From assembly GCA_028023455.1 (NCBI GenBank), contig JAQFVV010000009.1, forward strand, positions 6,138,001-6,202,000: a stretch of DNA of 64,000 nucleotides. Direction: 5' to 3'. The DNA comes from Epiperipatus broadwayi (lineage: Eukaryota > Animalia > Onychophora). Below the pieces are notes generated by a model. It was not told the DNA's origin, did no database searches, and saw nothing but the letters and a program-made list of their open reading frames with translations. The first letter of the stretch is position 1, and the number at the start of each line of letters is the position of its first letter. Below, one piece after another: positions 12,480 to 24,534 of this stretch. The position numbers and the translations under genes were made by a program.

Positions 12480-14053
12480 GAATTTTAGTAAAGTTTAGTT
12501 TTTTTTGGCTAGTATTGTAATGTTATATGAATTTTTATTTTATCTATTATTATTAGCATAGCATTAGGCAATATTTAATTATTTTATAATAAGTTTAAAT
12601 CTTGTCAGTGCATTTTGCAATAGCTTTCTTATGAGCAGTATCATTTAATGAAAAATTTAAAATATTTTTAAGATTTTTCAAAAAGTTTGATGGATATTTT
12701 CACATTTTTTATTACTAGAAAAATATTGTTATAGTTTAAACTAAGCTGATGTAAATCAGATATGTTTATATAATATTTAGCAATAAAATTAGATTATGAT
12801 GTAGTTATATTTATAACTATAAATAAAATATTTACCAAGCAGATAATGACATTTGCAGGATACCATTCAGAAATATGAACTTACATCAAAAAAGGAGAAT
12901 CAAAATCTTTTAATTATTCATTCATGACTTCTGTTCACTTGGCTAATATTTCAAATGCCACAATTCACTTCATAGTGACTTTGAATTGAATGCAGAATCA
13001 GGGCTCTTTTCTTCTGTACAAACTCTGTTCAATAACTGGCTTAGTAGTGATCTACCCTAAAATAATTTAACCAATCACATAACTTTTGTCAAATTGATCC
13101 TAACACACTAATTAAATCAAAGATTTCTTTTTTTAATATTATTTTTACAATAATTAATAAGACAAAAAACCAGGCGGTTAATCAACAAATAATAATAGAC
13201 TTTACATTATTTTGTTTTTGTTTTTTCACTTTATATGAAAAATCAAAACAACTTCAGATTATTTTTCATTTCCAAATTCCAAATCATTATTAATTTTAAT
13301 CTCTTGTTTTGAAAAACATTTGTAATGAAAACATCTAATAAATTTTTTAGGCCGTTTGAATTAGGATTAAAATTATAAAAACAACTTGATATAATTAAAC
13401 AAAACTATTTAAAAGAATGATTTTTTTAAAGTTAAACTTAGACTTGTCTATTAAAAAGATATGTTTTTATTATTAAATTAATGCTTGAAAAATTTAAGCT
13501 TTCACACACTGCATATATTCAAAAGTGCAAATGTGTCTGTATACATATATATGATGTTTGACATTCTCAGTTCATATTGATTAAATCAAATCTAATTATA
13601 ATTAAATAATTTATTTCCTCAATTTTTTTTTCTTAGTAACTTTAAATATGCTACTTTCTAATCTCTGCTTTATTTCTGGAATTATTATGAATGCTCACGA
13701 ATTATTCATTTTAATATATACATATAAACAAATAGTGACACTACAAATATATGAAGTAAATTGAAGTGTTATGAAAACTTCCAAGTGCCAGCTGCAATAT
13801 TTTATCCATTGTTATGTGTAAAAAATTCTTCATTCTTTGCAGGAAATGGGTTTTGGACCAATTGCACTTGTCAATTATCTTGAATACAAGTGATCTCTAT
13901 ATCAATATAATGACTTATTCTCATTTAAATGCCACTAACATTAATGGATTTTAAAATCTTATTTTATCATGGTTCATTATAGGTGAATTGCAAACTGTCT
14001 TTTTTTTTTTTTTCAAAAGAGCTTTGTATAGTCAAATTAAAATCTACTTACAT

Positions 14054-14139
14054 TTCAATTTCTTTCATATATTTTGCAATGCATCTATTTACTTAATTAA
14101 ATAAATAGATGCACTGCAAAATATATGAAATAAATTGAA
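14054..14139. repeat. ~38-bp-arm hairpin (inverted repeat)
   Basis: TTCAATTTCTTTCATATATTTTGCAATGCATCTATTTA / TAAATAGATGCACTGCAAAATATATGAAATAAATTGAA. A diverged direct copy of the right arm lies at ~13731-13768. Confidence 0.8.
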
Positions 14140-16811
14140 TAAAATCTTCAAAGCATTGTCAACAATATTTTATTTTAGTTACCATTATATGACAAAAGAT
14201 CAAACAATTTTCACAAAGACACATTTTTTGGGATCAATCATTTTTATCAGATGTTTTTGAAGATATTCATCATTATATCAATTATGTATTTAGATATTGA
14301 TTTAATCATGCAAGTTATTTAAAAAAAATGAATGTTGTGTAATTATCTTGTATGTTAATGAGTTACCATGAAATTGGCTTTATTAAAAATAATATTGTTA
14401 AAGATGCTAACTTTAAAATCAAATGGATCACATTAGTTGTTAAATGAGAATAAAGTTTTTTATATTGATTGGAACTTGTATTTCTTCAATGGCAAGAGAC
14501 AATGATAATTAGCCAGAAATACATGTATTGTGAAGATTAGTTTGATTTTGACATCGTATGATCCATTAATAAAATAATGTCTCTTGAAGTTTGATATTGC
14601 TTAAATTTATTCATATACTGTATTTGCAATGTTATTTGAAAAAACTGTATGTTATGTAATTTTGCATTGTGTATGTTAATGGATGTCATTTCAATTACAC
14701 ATTTATTAAGATATTGATTTTATTATCCAAGATTACTTTGAAAGTGAGTTTTATGTAATTGTGCATTACTGAGCCATTATGAAATAGACTTTAGTAAAAA
14801 TAATATTGCTAAATTAGAGATTTAAACTTTAATATCAATTGAATTATACTAGCATTATTTAAATGAGAATGCTGTCATTATATTGATGTGAAATAGATTA
14901 TCTTCAAAAGCAGTTGGTCTAAAGTATGTCATGTGGAGATCGGTTCAATTTTTTTATTATCTAATAATGGATAAAATATTTAGATAGTGTTTTGAAAATT
15001 TGGTATTATTACACTTTATTTTAAATAAATGTTTCACTTCAATTATGCTGAGTATAAGAGAACTTAGCCGTAATAAGTCTCTCAATAAAATATACCATTT
15101 TGGATCATTAGTTGTCTTACTGACCCATGCATGGGAATGTTGTGATTAAGTATTGGAATAGTTTGTCTTATAGTAAATGGCTTTTGAGAAGTCATCCTGG
15201 TATACTAAGGCATGTGGTTTTCTGACTGAGATCTAGATGAGTCTTCAAGTGATCAGTTTCTGACATTAGATTTTATTTAAACCATAAATATCAGTCTTCT
15301 TTTCTACATTGTAGATATCTTCTACCTTCATTGCTTTTGGTATTCTAATATATTGCATAATTTTGCAAATTTGGCTATAATCAGTTAATCTAAATCATAA
15401 ATTGTATGATTACTTAAAATTATTTTTTTTTTTTTACATTTAGACTTTAATTTGTGATTTATTACTTAAAAATATTTTGAAATTGTTATTACTTAAAAAA
15501 TAATAATATATACATAAAATAACATCTAGTAGAGAATTATTAGATTATAATTATATTGTTATGCAATGAACTTCTTGCAACCCTTTCAATTTTCTCATAA
15601 GGCAGGTGTTTCTTCTTGAATTCCAATACTATAAATAAATTGTAATATGAAGTCTTTTGCAATGCTTTCAAAACTATGCAATAGTGGATTTTTTTTTTTG
15701 GTGCATACAATATCTTAATAGTGCAACAAAACATATGTTATGTTGTTCTGTTTGACGGCAAGTTGATATAAAATCTGAAAGATTGTAAGGTCAAATCACA
15801 TTTGATTATTGTTAATGGTTATTTGTCATTACTTGTCTTTTTCTCATTACAATTTATTCTAGCATTTTATATTTAAAAGTGTAATAGTCATATCTGTACT
15901 TTCGCGCAACAAAATCTAGAATTTTAGTAAATCATCCCAAGGCTGATTGAAATGAGGTTGTTGAGACCCTGAATCCAATCTCACCTCAGTTACTTTACCA
16001 ACGCTCAAAGATTTACCAACTTACGTATGACATACATACTTCTTTAATTCACATGCCAGCAATAGCACATTCGGTGGAACATGAGACTGATTTATTACTG
16101 ATATATTCACAAAATATAGCTATATAGACATGACCCAACTGACAGATATTGCTAAATTTAGATTGCGATTCATAAATATCTAAGTAATAATCAATAATTA
16201 ACTAATGAATAATGAGCAAAAATTGAGACGCTAAGCAAAGTTATATTTTAAATAAACTAATATAAGCCAAAATTAAAATAAAATAAAAGAAACAATTAAA
16301 ATATGTGAAATTTGTCTCACTTGCAGATGATGATGATTTTATAGGTTTATAGACTGACTATTAATTCAAATATTTGGTATTTTATCTCACTCACAGGTTA
16401 TGATGATTTTATAGGTATTTGATATTTTATCTCACACGCAGGTGATGGTGAATTTGTAGATTACAATTTATTTAATTTTCACGAGGTTTATTTTTACAGT
16501 CATAGAAATTGGTTTCAGGTTTAGCTTGTGATTATCTATGCCTTATTTATGCCATGCTACTAAGTATTAAATTTGCCTTAGTCAATTTGCAGGAGTGATT
16601 ATCATTAATTACAATTAACATTTATATAATTAGTAACACATTTCTCTATATAGATTATAAGCTTACTAAACTAGATTCCTTTTCATATCAAAGCTGAAAT
16701 ATGAATTATTATGGTGGGATGAACTGATGGTGGGTAGCAAGACTTCAGATACCAAGGCATTTATAAAATACATAATCTGAGTCTATGCATTTCGAATGTG
16801 TGCTTACTCAC

Positions 16812-16856
16812 AGGATTCATTACTGTGTAATCAGTTCCCTTAGACCATACTACTTG
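16812..16856 (-). CDS. Candidate 45-nt internal exon of unidentified host gene (QVVWSKGTDYTVMNP)
   Basis: Pyrimidine-rich acceptor tctcttattcacAG, canonical donor GTGAGT, phase 0/0 open frame. No homology recognised. Confidence 0.3.
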
Positions 16857-17869
16857 CTGTGAATAAGAGACATTTAGTCCAGGTGATCGAACAGCTAGCA
16901 AAGATATCTGGATCCTTATGCTCTAGTCCTAATAAGAGAAATTGGGTGGCCATTAAAACCAAAGCCCATTTTGAAAAGAGAGCTGTCTGAACTAAGGAGA
17001 TGGGGTGGCCATAAAAACCAGAAGCCCATTCATATAAAACATACAGCAAGGAGTATAGGCATGTATGCACTTCCTAAGAACACATTTGCTCTACTGACTA
17101 TATCATTATATAAGACACAAAACAGTAGTTTCCTTCCATAAAACCACCATAAATCAGTTCATAAATTAGCATTTATAATCATGCTACTAAAGAAATATAA
17201 TGAAATTTATTAAGATTTTTTAGGTTATAATGAGGGCTACAGCATATTTTGGGATAATTATAAGATTAAATTCTAACTTTATGTTCTATTTCATCACATC
17301 TGCTAAATATTAACCAAATAGTTCATTTGTAGCAAATCTATCGCTAAGCATTTATAATTGCTTAATTATGTATGTCAATAAATATTATTTTACTCATTTC
17401 AGATAGAGGTTTTGTTTGTGTGTTAATAAACGCAGAATTAAATAAGTGTGAAAGCATCTAATCATTTCTCATTAGTTATTTTAAATATGAGTAAACTCCA
17501 TTTTGAATACAACATAGCATAAATATATAATTGAAAATAATATAGGCATAGACTTAACTCAAAAAAAAATATAAAATTATAGACAAGATTTCACATAAGT
17601 GAAATTCAAGATTTGGCTTTAATTTGTTTAGTCATAGTAAAACGAAATTAATTAGCTTAAATCAGATTAAATCAAATCAGGCAAGACTTACAAATTAGAT
17701 AGTAAAATAAAATTACATTTTTAGCTTAGGAATTAATAATTGAAAAGTTTAAAAGAAATTAGTTTAAACAATATTGGCCATTTATAGTAATTTTAGCTAG
17801 CTTTGAGAAGTTAGGAGATTTAATTTAAATGTTCATTTTAAAATCTGCAGAAATTGGTTACTGCTTTAA

Positions 17870-18130
17870 GTTCTGTTGTCTGGCATGATGGCTTGATCTT
17901 GGGCATCCTCATGTTCTTACTGCTACTGGGCTGTTATTTCAGTTGTCTCCACATTTTGTAGACCACTCTCAAGATCAGAAAGCAAGTTTATTGCCTCTCT
18001 ACCCCATAAATTTCATTTTGTACAATTTGATTACTTTAGCGATACTCTAGCAAAAACCAGCTAAGTGTTTTCAAAAATGGCTGAAGTCAAGTTTATATAC
18101 TGACCACCCCCTCTCTTTTTTGATCACAAC
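17870..18130 (-). mobile_element. Possible Tc1/mariner transposase N-terminal remnant
   Basis: GC-richer segment with TATA-like TATAAA and degenerate HTH-like text (IKLYK...RVVYKMWRQ...RMPK). Weak. Confidence 0.3.
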
Positions 18131-19390
18131 TTGTTTGCTAGTTTTAGTTCCAGACCGGTTTTTCTAATTTAGTTTGCTACATTCTCAGAAAATCCAGGGA
18201 ATCCTGCTGAGTTATCAATTTTTTTATAGGTGGGTCTCCCGATTTTGACCAGGTTAATTTATTCAAACTTATTTTAAAATCTATTTTTACTTTTTAAATA
18301 GGTCAAAATATAGCGAGAATGATTAATTTTATTAAATTATTTTTTTTTACAAAAAACAAATCTGAAACTTGGTAAACATCTTCCTCTATATGTAACATGT
18401 TTAAGCGTAATTTATCTACATATGCAGAAATATTATAATTTCTATATTAACTTTACAAAAATATTTAAAATAAAAGAAAATCTATAATATTATATTTTCT
18501 TTGCATAAATGTAGGTTTTGGTTACACATATAGCAAGATTTACATTTATTAAAACATAGAACACATACGTGCGAATACGTTATTTATTACATATATACAT
18601 GCACGTCCAGCAATGTATGCTATAATACATGCACACATGTTTAACCATAATTATTAATTTTAAAATTTAGTCTTGTACATGAGGATTTGGGTATATATGT
18701 ACAGAAATAAAATACTACTATAGCATATAGTAGGTGAAACAGGATGATATTACAGATCTGACTGTTTCAAAGATATATTATTAGGATATGAAAATATCAG
18801 TAATACATCATTAAATCATCACAGTCTTTTTCTATATATGATGATGGTATTATGAATAAATGTTTGATCACCTTTGAGTAATGATAAAAGAGATTAATTC
18901 TTTTAATGATATATCCATCCTACTAAGTTATTTGGATTTGAACAGATCTTTATAATCTTAAAAAATAGAAGAAAAACTGCAGGTCCTGGACAAATACCTG
19001 GATAAAGTTTAAAATATGACTGTAATGTATTAGTTCAAAATTTATTGGAATTATTTGGATATATATGTAATGTGAATTGTATCCCTGATTTGAGGATGCT
19101 TCTGCTGTTGCAATTTGTTAAAGAACATCCAAAAATTGAAGTAATTATTATAAAAATATCTACTATAGCAAAAACATTTTCATGAATCTATTTAATGGAT
19201 GGCTTGTAATCATTGAGTGCTAATTAGATGCTTGTGAAGATGTTGAGATTTAAGAAGTATGATAGGTTATAAATTTAAAACAGGCAACAACTCACTATAC
19301 GTATTGCCACACACATCAAGCTAGAGTAATCAATGGATGCCAGAAGGCTTGTGCATAAAATCCCCATCTAGTGCCTATTCATCCAATATC

Positions 19391-19428
19391 CCCTGACTAG
19401 TTTCTGGCTTGTGGTCTTTGTCAGTGAG
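19391..19428 (-). ncRNA. Degenerate minimal hammerhead, family B
   Basis: CTCA-CTGACAA-A-GAC(CACAA)GCC-A-GAAA-CTAG-TC-AGGG (G8 mutated). Confidence 0.7.
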
Positions 19429-19842
19429 GAATCTTGGATCTGAGATCACTGCACCTAGATCTTAGGATCTAATGCAACCTTCTAGCAGCCATCTTTTATT
19501 TCCACTTAACTTCAAAACTATGAGTCTTAAATTGAAAATACCTTAATATTTTCAATCCAAACTCATTAGCTTATATAGTCATATAGGTCTGAACTCAGTT
19601 CAGTATTCATACATTTTGTTGTCTTTGGTTTTTTAATAACCATAGCCACCCCCATCCTATTAGGCAGGATTGGTTTTAAGCCAATAAACATCACGTTTTC
19701 CATTTTTTATGCTTGCTTATAACTGTTATTAAAACAGGCAAAAACTCATTATACATATTGCCACACAGCAGGCTAGAGTAATCAATGAATGCCAGAAGGC
19801 TTGTGCATAAAATCCCCATCTAGTGCCTACTCATTCAATATC

Positions 19843-19880
19843 CCCAGACTAGTTTTTGACTTGCAACCTTCATCAGTGAG
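19843..19880 (-). ncRNA. Degenerate minimal hammerhead, family B
   Basis: CTCA-CTGATGA-A-GGT(TGCAA)GTC-A-AAAA-CTAG-TC-TGGG (G12 mutated). Confidence 0.7.
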
Positions 19881-21707
19881 AAGCCTTGGATCTGAGAGCA
19901 CTGCAATACGTATAGTGAGTTTTGCCTGTTTTAATAAGTTATAAGCAAGCATAAGAAATCGAGATCTTGTGATGTTTATTGGCTTAAAATCAATCTTGCC
20001 TAATAGGATAGTGATGGCTATGGTTATTAAAGAACCAGACACCAAAATGTATGGATACTGAACTGAGTTCAGACCTATATGACCGTATAAGCTAATGACA
20101 TTGGATTGAAAATATTAAGGTGTTTTCAATTTAAGGCTCATAGTTTTGTAGTAAGTAGTTATAAAAAGTGGCTGTTAGAGGGTTGTTTTAGATCCTAAGA
20201 TCTAGATACAGTGCTCTCAGATCCAAGGCTCCTCACTGACAAAGTAGGCACTAGATGGGGATTTTATGCACAAGCCTTCTGGCATCCATTGATTACTCTA
20301 GCTTGCTGTGTGTGGCTATACGTATAGTGAGTTTTTGCCTATTTTAATAACAGTTATAAGCAAGCTTAAGAAATGGAGATCATATGAGGTTATAAATTTG
20401 TTGCCAGGTATAAGACACTTGTTCAATTAATCAAGGGTATCACAGTTTAATATCTATTGAATGTCCATTGCAGCTTACTAATATATTAATATTATATACT
20501 TTCAGCATGATGATATGATATAAAGCATTATTATTATTTGTTGAAAATCTGAGGCATTTGAAATGAAAGCTGGTTAAACATAAATTTTCATTTTTATGTC
20601 ATTGGTCTTTAGAACACTTTATAGGTTTAATGGTGGCGTTTTTTAGTTTTAACTGATTAAAAGCAAAAAAAAATAAATTAATTTCTACATCAGTATTTAC
20701 TTATTTTGTGTATGGATTTTTTTAGTCAACTATTAAAATTTTATAAAGGAATCTGTGGGATTCAAATCAGAGATAGATTTTCTAGAAGCTTTATTAAATC
20801 TTTTATTTTTGCCACTAAACATAGATTTGACAATCATTTTACTATATGATGTACAATTTGTATCTATCCACATTTAATGTTGTAGATCAGTGATTGTTAA
20901 ATTTTATCATGAAGCAAATAAAATCAATGAACATGGGTTGCCCTGAATCTGTTGATTATACTCCAATTGTGTTTAGGAAGATCAAATTTTTATTATTGAT
21001 TCTAGAAAAATAAATTTGCTTAAAACTTTATAGGAATTGCAATATTATGCTATAATTCTTCAATTGTAAATTCTTAGTTGAACATTTAATAAGCCCATCT
21101 TCATTTGAGATAAGTCTAAGAGGATGAAATTATATCTAGATTTATTGGCAAGTCCAGTCTGAAATAGTTTTTTTATTCATTTTCTGTGAGGCAATCTATG
21201 AAAGTAGTGGGAGCCATTGCAAAACAGTAAACTTGAGTGTGCCATTAATAATTATCATGGTATTAAACCACTAAACATCACATGATCACCATTCTTTATG
21301 TTTACACTTTTCACAGAGGAAAGCTTATCCATACAGTAGTACCACTGAGTGCACTCAGTGGGTTGTACTGAGTGGTGCTACTGTATGGAGAGTTTTGCTT
21401 CTGTGTAAACAGCTTGTGAAAGTATAAAGAATGGTGTTCATGTGATGTTTAGTGGTTTAATACCAATCCTGCCCAATAGGATTATAGTGACTATGATTAT
21501 TAAAGAACTAAGGACATCAAAAAGTATGGATGCTGAATTGATTTCAGATCTATATCACTATACAAGCGAATGAGCTTGAATTGAAACATTATTGTGCTTT
21601 CATTTTGGGCTCAAAACTTTTTAGTTAGTTAAAAAGGTAAAAGGTAATTGCTGGAGGGTTGCATTAGATCCTAAGATGTAGGTGCAGTGCATTCAGACCC
21701 AAGGCTT

Positions 21708-21745
21708 CTCGCTGATGAAAGTCACAAGCTAGAAACAAATCTGGG
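21708..21745 (+). ncRNA. Degenerate minimal hammerhead, family B
   Basis: CTCG-CTGATGA-A-AGT(CACAA)GCT-A-GAAA-CAAA-TC-TGGG; stem III palindrome lost. Confidence 0.65.
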
Positions 21746-22159
21746 GATATTGGATGAGTAGGCACTAGATAGGGATTTTATGTACAAACTTCCTGCATTT
21801 ATTGATTACTCTGGCTTGCACTGAGCGCTGCTACTATATGGAGAGTTTTGCCTCTATGTAAATAGCTTATGTAAGTATAAAGAATGGTGTTTATGTGATG
21901 TTTAGTGATTTAATGCCAATGCTTCCCAATACGATTATGGTAACTGTGATTATTAAAGAACCAAAGACATCAAAAAGTATGGAGGCTGAATTGAGTTAAA
22001 GATCTATATCACTATACAAGCTAATGAGCTTGAATTGAAATATTGTGCTTTCATTTTGGACTCAAAAGAAAACTTTATAGTTAGCTAAAAGGGTAAAAGG
22101 TGACTACTGGAGGGTTGTATTAGATACTAAGATTTAGGTTCAGTGCTCTTCCAAGGCTT

Positions 22160-22197
22160 CTCACTGATGAAAGTCACAAGCTAGAAAAAAATCTGGG
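22160..22197 (+). ncRNA. Degenerate minimal hammerhead, family B
   Basis: CTCA-CTGATGA-A-AGT(CACAA)GCT-A-GAAA-AAAA-TC-TGGG. Confidence 0.65.
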
Positions 22198-22712
22198 GAT
22201 ATTGGATGAGTAGGCACTAGATACGGATTTTATGTACAAACTTAAGTTAAAAGATATAAACGATAGCATGTCACAAGCTAGAAACAAATCTGGGGATATT
22301 GGATGAGTAGGCACTAGATACGGATTTTATGTACAAACTTTCCTGTATTCATTGATTACTCTGGCTTGCTCTGAATGGTCCTACTATATGGAGAGTTTTG
22401 CCTCTGTGTAAACAGCTTGTGTAAGTATAAAGAATAGTGTTTGTATGATGTTTAGTGGTTTAATACCAGTCCTGCCTAATAGGATTATGGTAACTGTGAT
22501 TATTAAAGAACCAAATACATCAAAAAGTATGGTTTCTGGACTGAGTTCAGATCTAAATGACTATACAAGCTAATGAGTTTGAATTAGAAAATGTTATTGT
22601 GTTTTCAGTTTAGACTCAATGCTTTATAGTTAGCTAAAAAGGTAAAAGGTGACTGCTGGAGGGTTGCATTAAATCCTAAGATTTAGGCTCAGTGCTCTCA
22701 GATCCAAGGCTT

Positions 22713-22750
22713 CTCATTGATGAAAGCCACAAGCTAGAAACTAGTCTGGG
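22713..22750 (+). ncRNA. Near-intact minimal hammerhead, family B
   Basis: CTCA-TTGATGA-A-AGC(CACAA)GCT-A-GAAA-CTAG-TC-TGGG; only C3 altered relative to the family core. Confidence 0.75.
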
Positions 22751-23856
22751 GATATTGGATGAGTAGGAACTAGATAGGGATTTTATGCATAAACCTTCCT
22801 GCATCTATTGATTACTCTGGCTTGCATTGAGTGGTACTATTATGGAGAGTTTTGCTTCTGTGTAATTATCATGGTAATATTATTTTGAGTGTCGAAGTTT
22901 TGTAGGGGAATTTTTTCTCCAAACGTGGGCACAGTATGCATCATTAGAATGTTCTAATGCTAAGGAAGTTGTCTATAAATTACTTGCATTACAATCCTCA
23001 ATAGTACCAGACAGCTTTCCAAAGAAATTATTTTTAAGTAGGTTAGAGTAGGACTATATTTTAGTCTATTATGTTTATTAGATTAGGAATGAGATCCCAG
23101 TTTTGAAAAAGATTTTTGATCTTTTCTTATTAAGAGACTTTTATATTTTAGGAAAGGGTCTCTTTTAAGAAATCAAAATAATATTATTAGCATAAATTAA
23201 TTTCCTGCTATCTCCTGCTGGAAGATCACTGACTAATACATTAAATAAAATAGGTAAAAAAATTAAAACCTTTAGTAAACTATTCTGTTCAATTTTATAT
23301 TTATCACAATTATCATTTAATGTTATTTGAATTTTTCTATTGAAGAACATTTTGTCAAATAAATTAATTGTTTTCTGCATTTAAGAGTTTTAGAAATTTT
23401 TAGATGGACATTTTTGCAATCAAAATCACAAGCTGAGGGTAGGTTATTAAAGAAAATACCAGTTTTTAATTTATTTTGAAAGCTTTTTTCAACTGGAGTT
23501 GTTATAGAAAACTTGTTCATTAGTTTCTTCCTGTACTAAACCCAGCCAATATTGTAGATAGGATTTCTATATTTAAAGCATGCTAATGGGTTATTAGAGT
23601 TTTTTCCAGTTTAGATGATGATTTACAGAATATTTTAAATAAATTCAGTTTACTATATTAGCCAGTAATAGAAGAAAAATCTTCAAAAACTTTTGTCTGG
23701 AGAATATTAAACAATTTCAATATCTTTGTAATTTTTTTAAATAGAAAATAATATATGCGGGGTTCGAACTCAGACTTTCACACGACCTACCACTCTCAAT
23801 GCCATCTCATATTGCTGACCCTCCTGATCACACACATGTTGAAAAGATAAATAATC

Positions 23857-23900
23857 ACCAATATATGTATTTCATGCTAACCCAGTAATCATCAGTTGGT
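23857..23900 (-). ncRNA. Degenerate minimal hammerhead, family A
   Basis: ACCAA-CTGATGA-TTACT(GGGTT)AGCAT-GAAA-TACATA-TA-TTGGT. Confidence 0.75.
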
Positions 23901-24012
23901 CTAGATTACTATCCTCACACATATATATAATCAGTACTCAGCTTTATATTAAGATAGGCAATATTTATGGACAGGCATCAAACTATTCCAATTCACAACT
24001 CTAGTAATCTAG

Positions 24013-24056
24013 ACCAACTGATGATTGCTGTTTTAGCATGAAATACGCATATTGGT
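24013..24056 (+). ncRNA. Minimal type-I hammerhead, family A
   Basis: ACCAA-CTGATGA-TTGCT(GTTTT)AGCAT-GAAA-TACGCA-TA-TTGGT; one change in the stem III palindrome. Confidence 0.85.
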
Positions 24057-24490
24057 GATTATTTATCTTTTCAACGTGTGTGTGATCAGATGAGTCAGCA
24101 ATATGAGATGGCACTGAGAATGGTGGGTCGTGTGAAAGTCTGAGTTCAAACCCCACATATATAAATGCAGGTTTAAGCCTGTACAATGTATTAATTTATA
24201 TAAATAGTGTGTAAATGGTTTGCCCATCCCTTGCATATGTATATATAAATGGATTATTCTCCTGTACATGAGGGGTCAGAATGACTAATATGTCAACATG
24301 GGTAGGATGACAACCTTGGCACTATCAAGGGCTTTGAATGTTCCATCATCAGATTTTCAATGAAATGGAAGGCTAAAGAGTTGTGGGTTGGAATAGTTTG
24401 AAGCCTGTCCATTAAAGTATAAATATTGGCTATCTTAATATAAAGCTGAGTGCTGATTATATATATATGTGTGTGAGGATAGTAATCTAG

Positions 24491-24534
24491 ACCAACTGAT
24501 GATTGCTGTTTTAGCATGAAATACGTATATTGGT
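24491..24534 (+). ncRNA. Intact-core minimal type-I hammerhead, family A
   Basis: ACCAA-CTGATGA-TTGCT(GTTTT)AGCAT-GAAA-TACGTA-TA-TTGGT. 5-bp stem I, 4-bp stem II, perfect palindromic stem III ATACGTAT, AUA triplet. Confidence 0.9.

Larger units (their letters stand above)
11200..12480 (+). pseudogene. Penelope-like element, 5'-truncated (RT C-half + GIY-YIG + HHR)
   Basis: ISSLMCSVYIDF, RYVDDC (11513-11530), FNAFNSNIKFIIEE and VNFLDL, then a GIY-YIG domain and a downstream HHR. The RT part is frameshifted. Confidence 0.9.
19277..20386. mobile_element. Family B (B1) hammerhead-bearing fold-back insertion
   Basis: Minus arm 19277-19905 (1.4 units, period 452), plus arm 19906-20386. Perfect 13-bp TSD AGGTTATAAATTT (19264-19276, 20387-20399). 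Confidence 0.9.
18940..20530 (+). pseudogene. RTE-like LINE RT remnant, split by family B insertion
   Basis: KTAGPGQIP (~18975), FEDASAVAI...NY (~19090), and after the insertion ECP..LTNI..FQHDDM (~20460-20515). These match RTE RT domains 0-3. Confidence 0.5.
21263..22862 (+). mobile_element. Family B (B2) tandem hammerhead array with short inverted head
   Basis: Unit starts at 21388, 21841, 22391 and 22845 (453, 550 incl. ~97-nt internal duplication, 454). Inverted arm 21263-21351. 14-bp TSD TAATTATCATGGTA (21249-21262, 22863-22876). Confidence 0.92.

Noticed and set aside
16940-17055. 59-bp imperfect tandem repeat (GGGTGGCCAT..AAGCCCATT)
   Set aside because: Only two diverged units, with no consistent frame or splice signals.
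21263-22862. CRISPR-like or satellite array
   Set aside because: The units are ~453 nt full-length repeats without unique spacers, flanked by a TSD, in a eukaryotic context.
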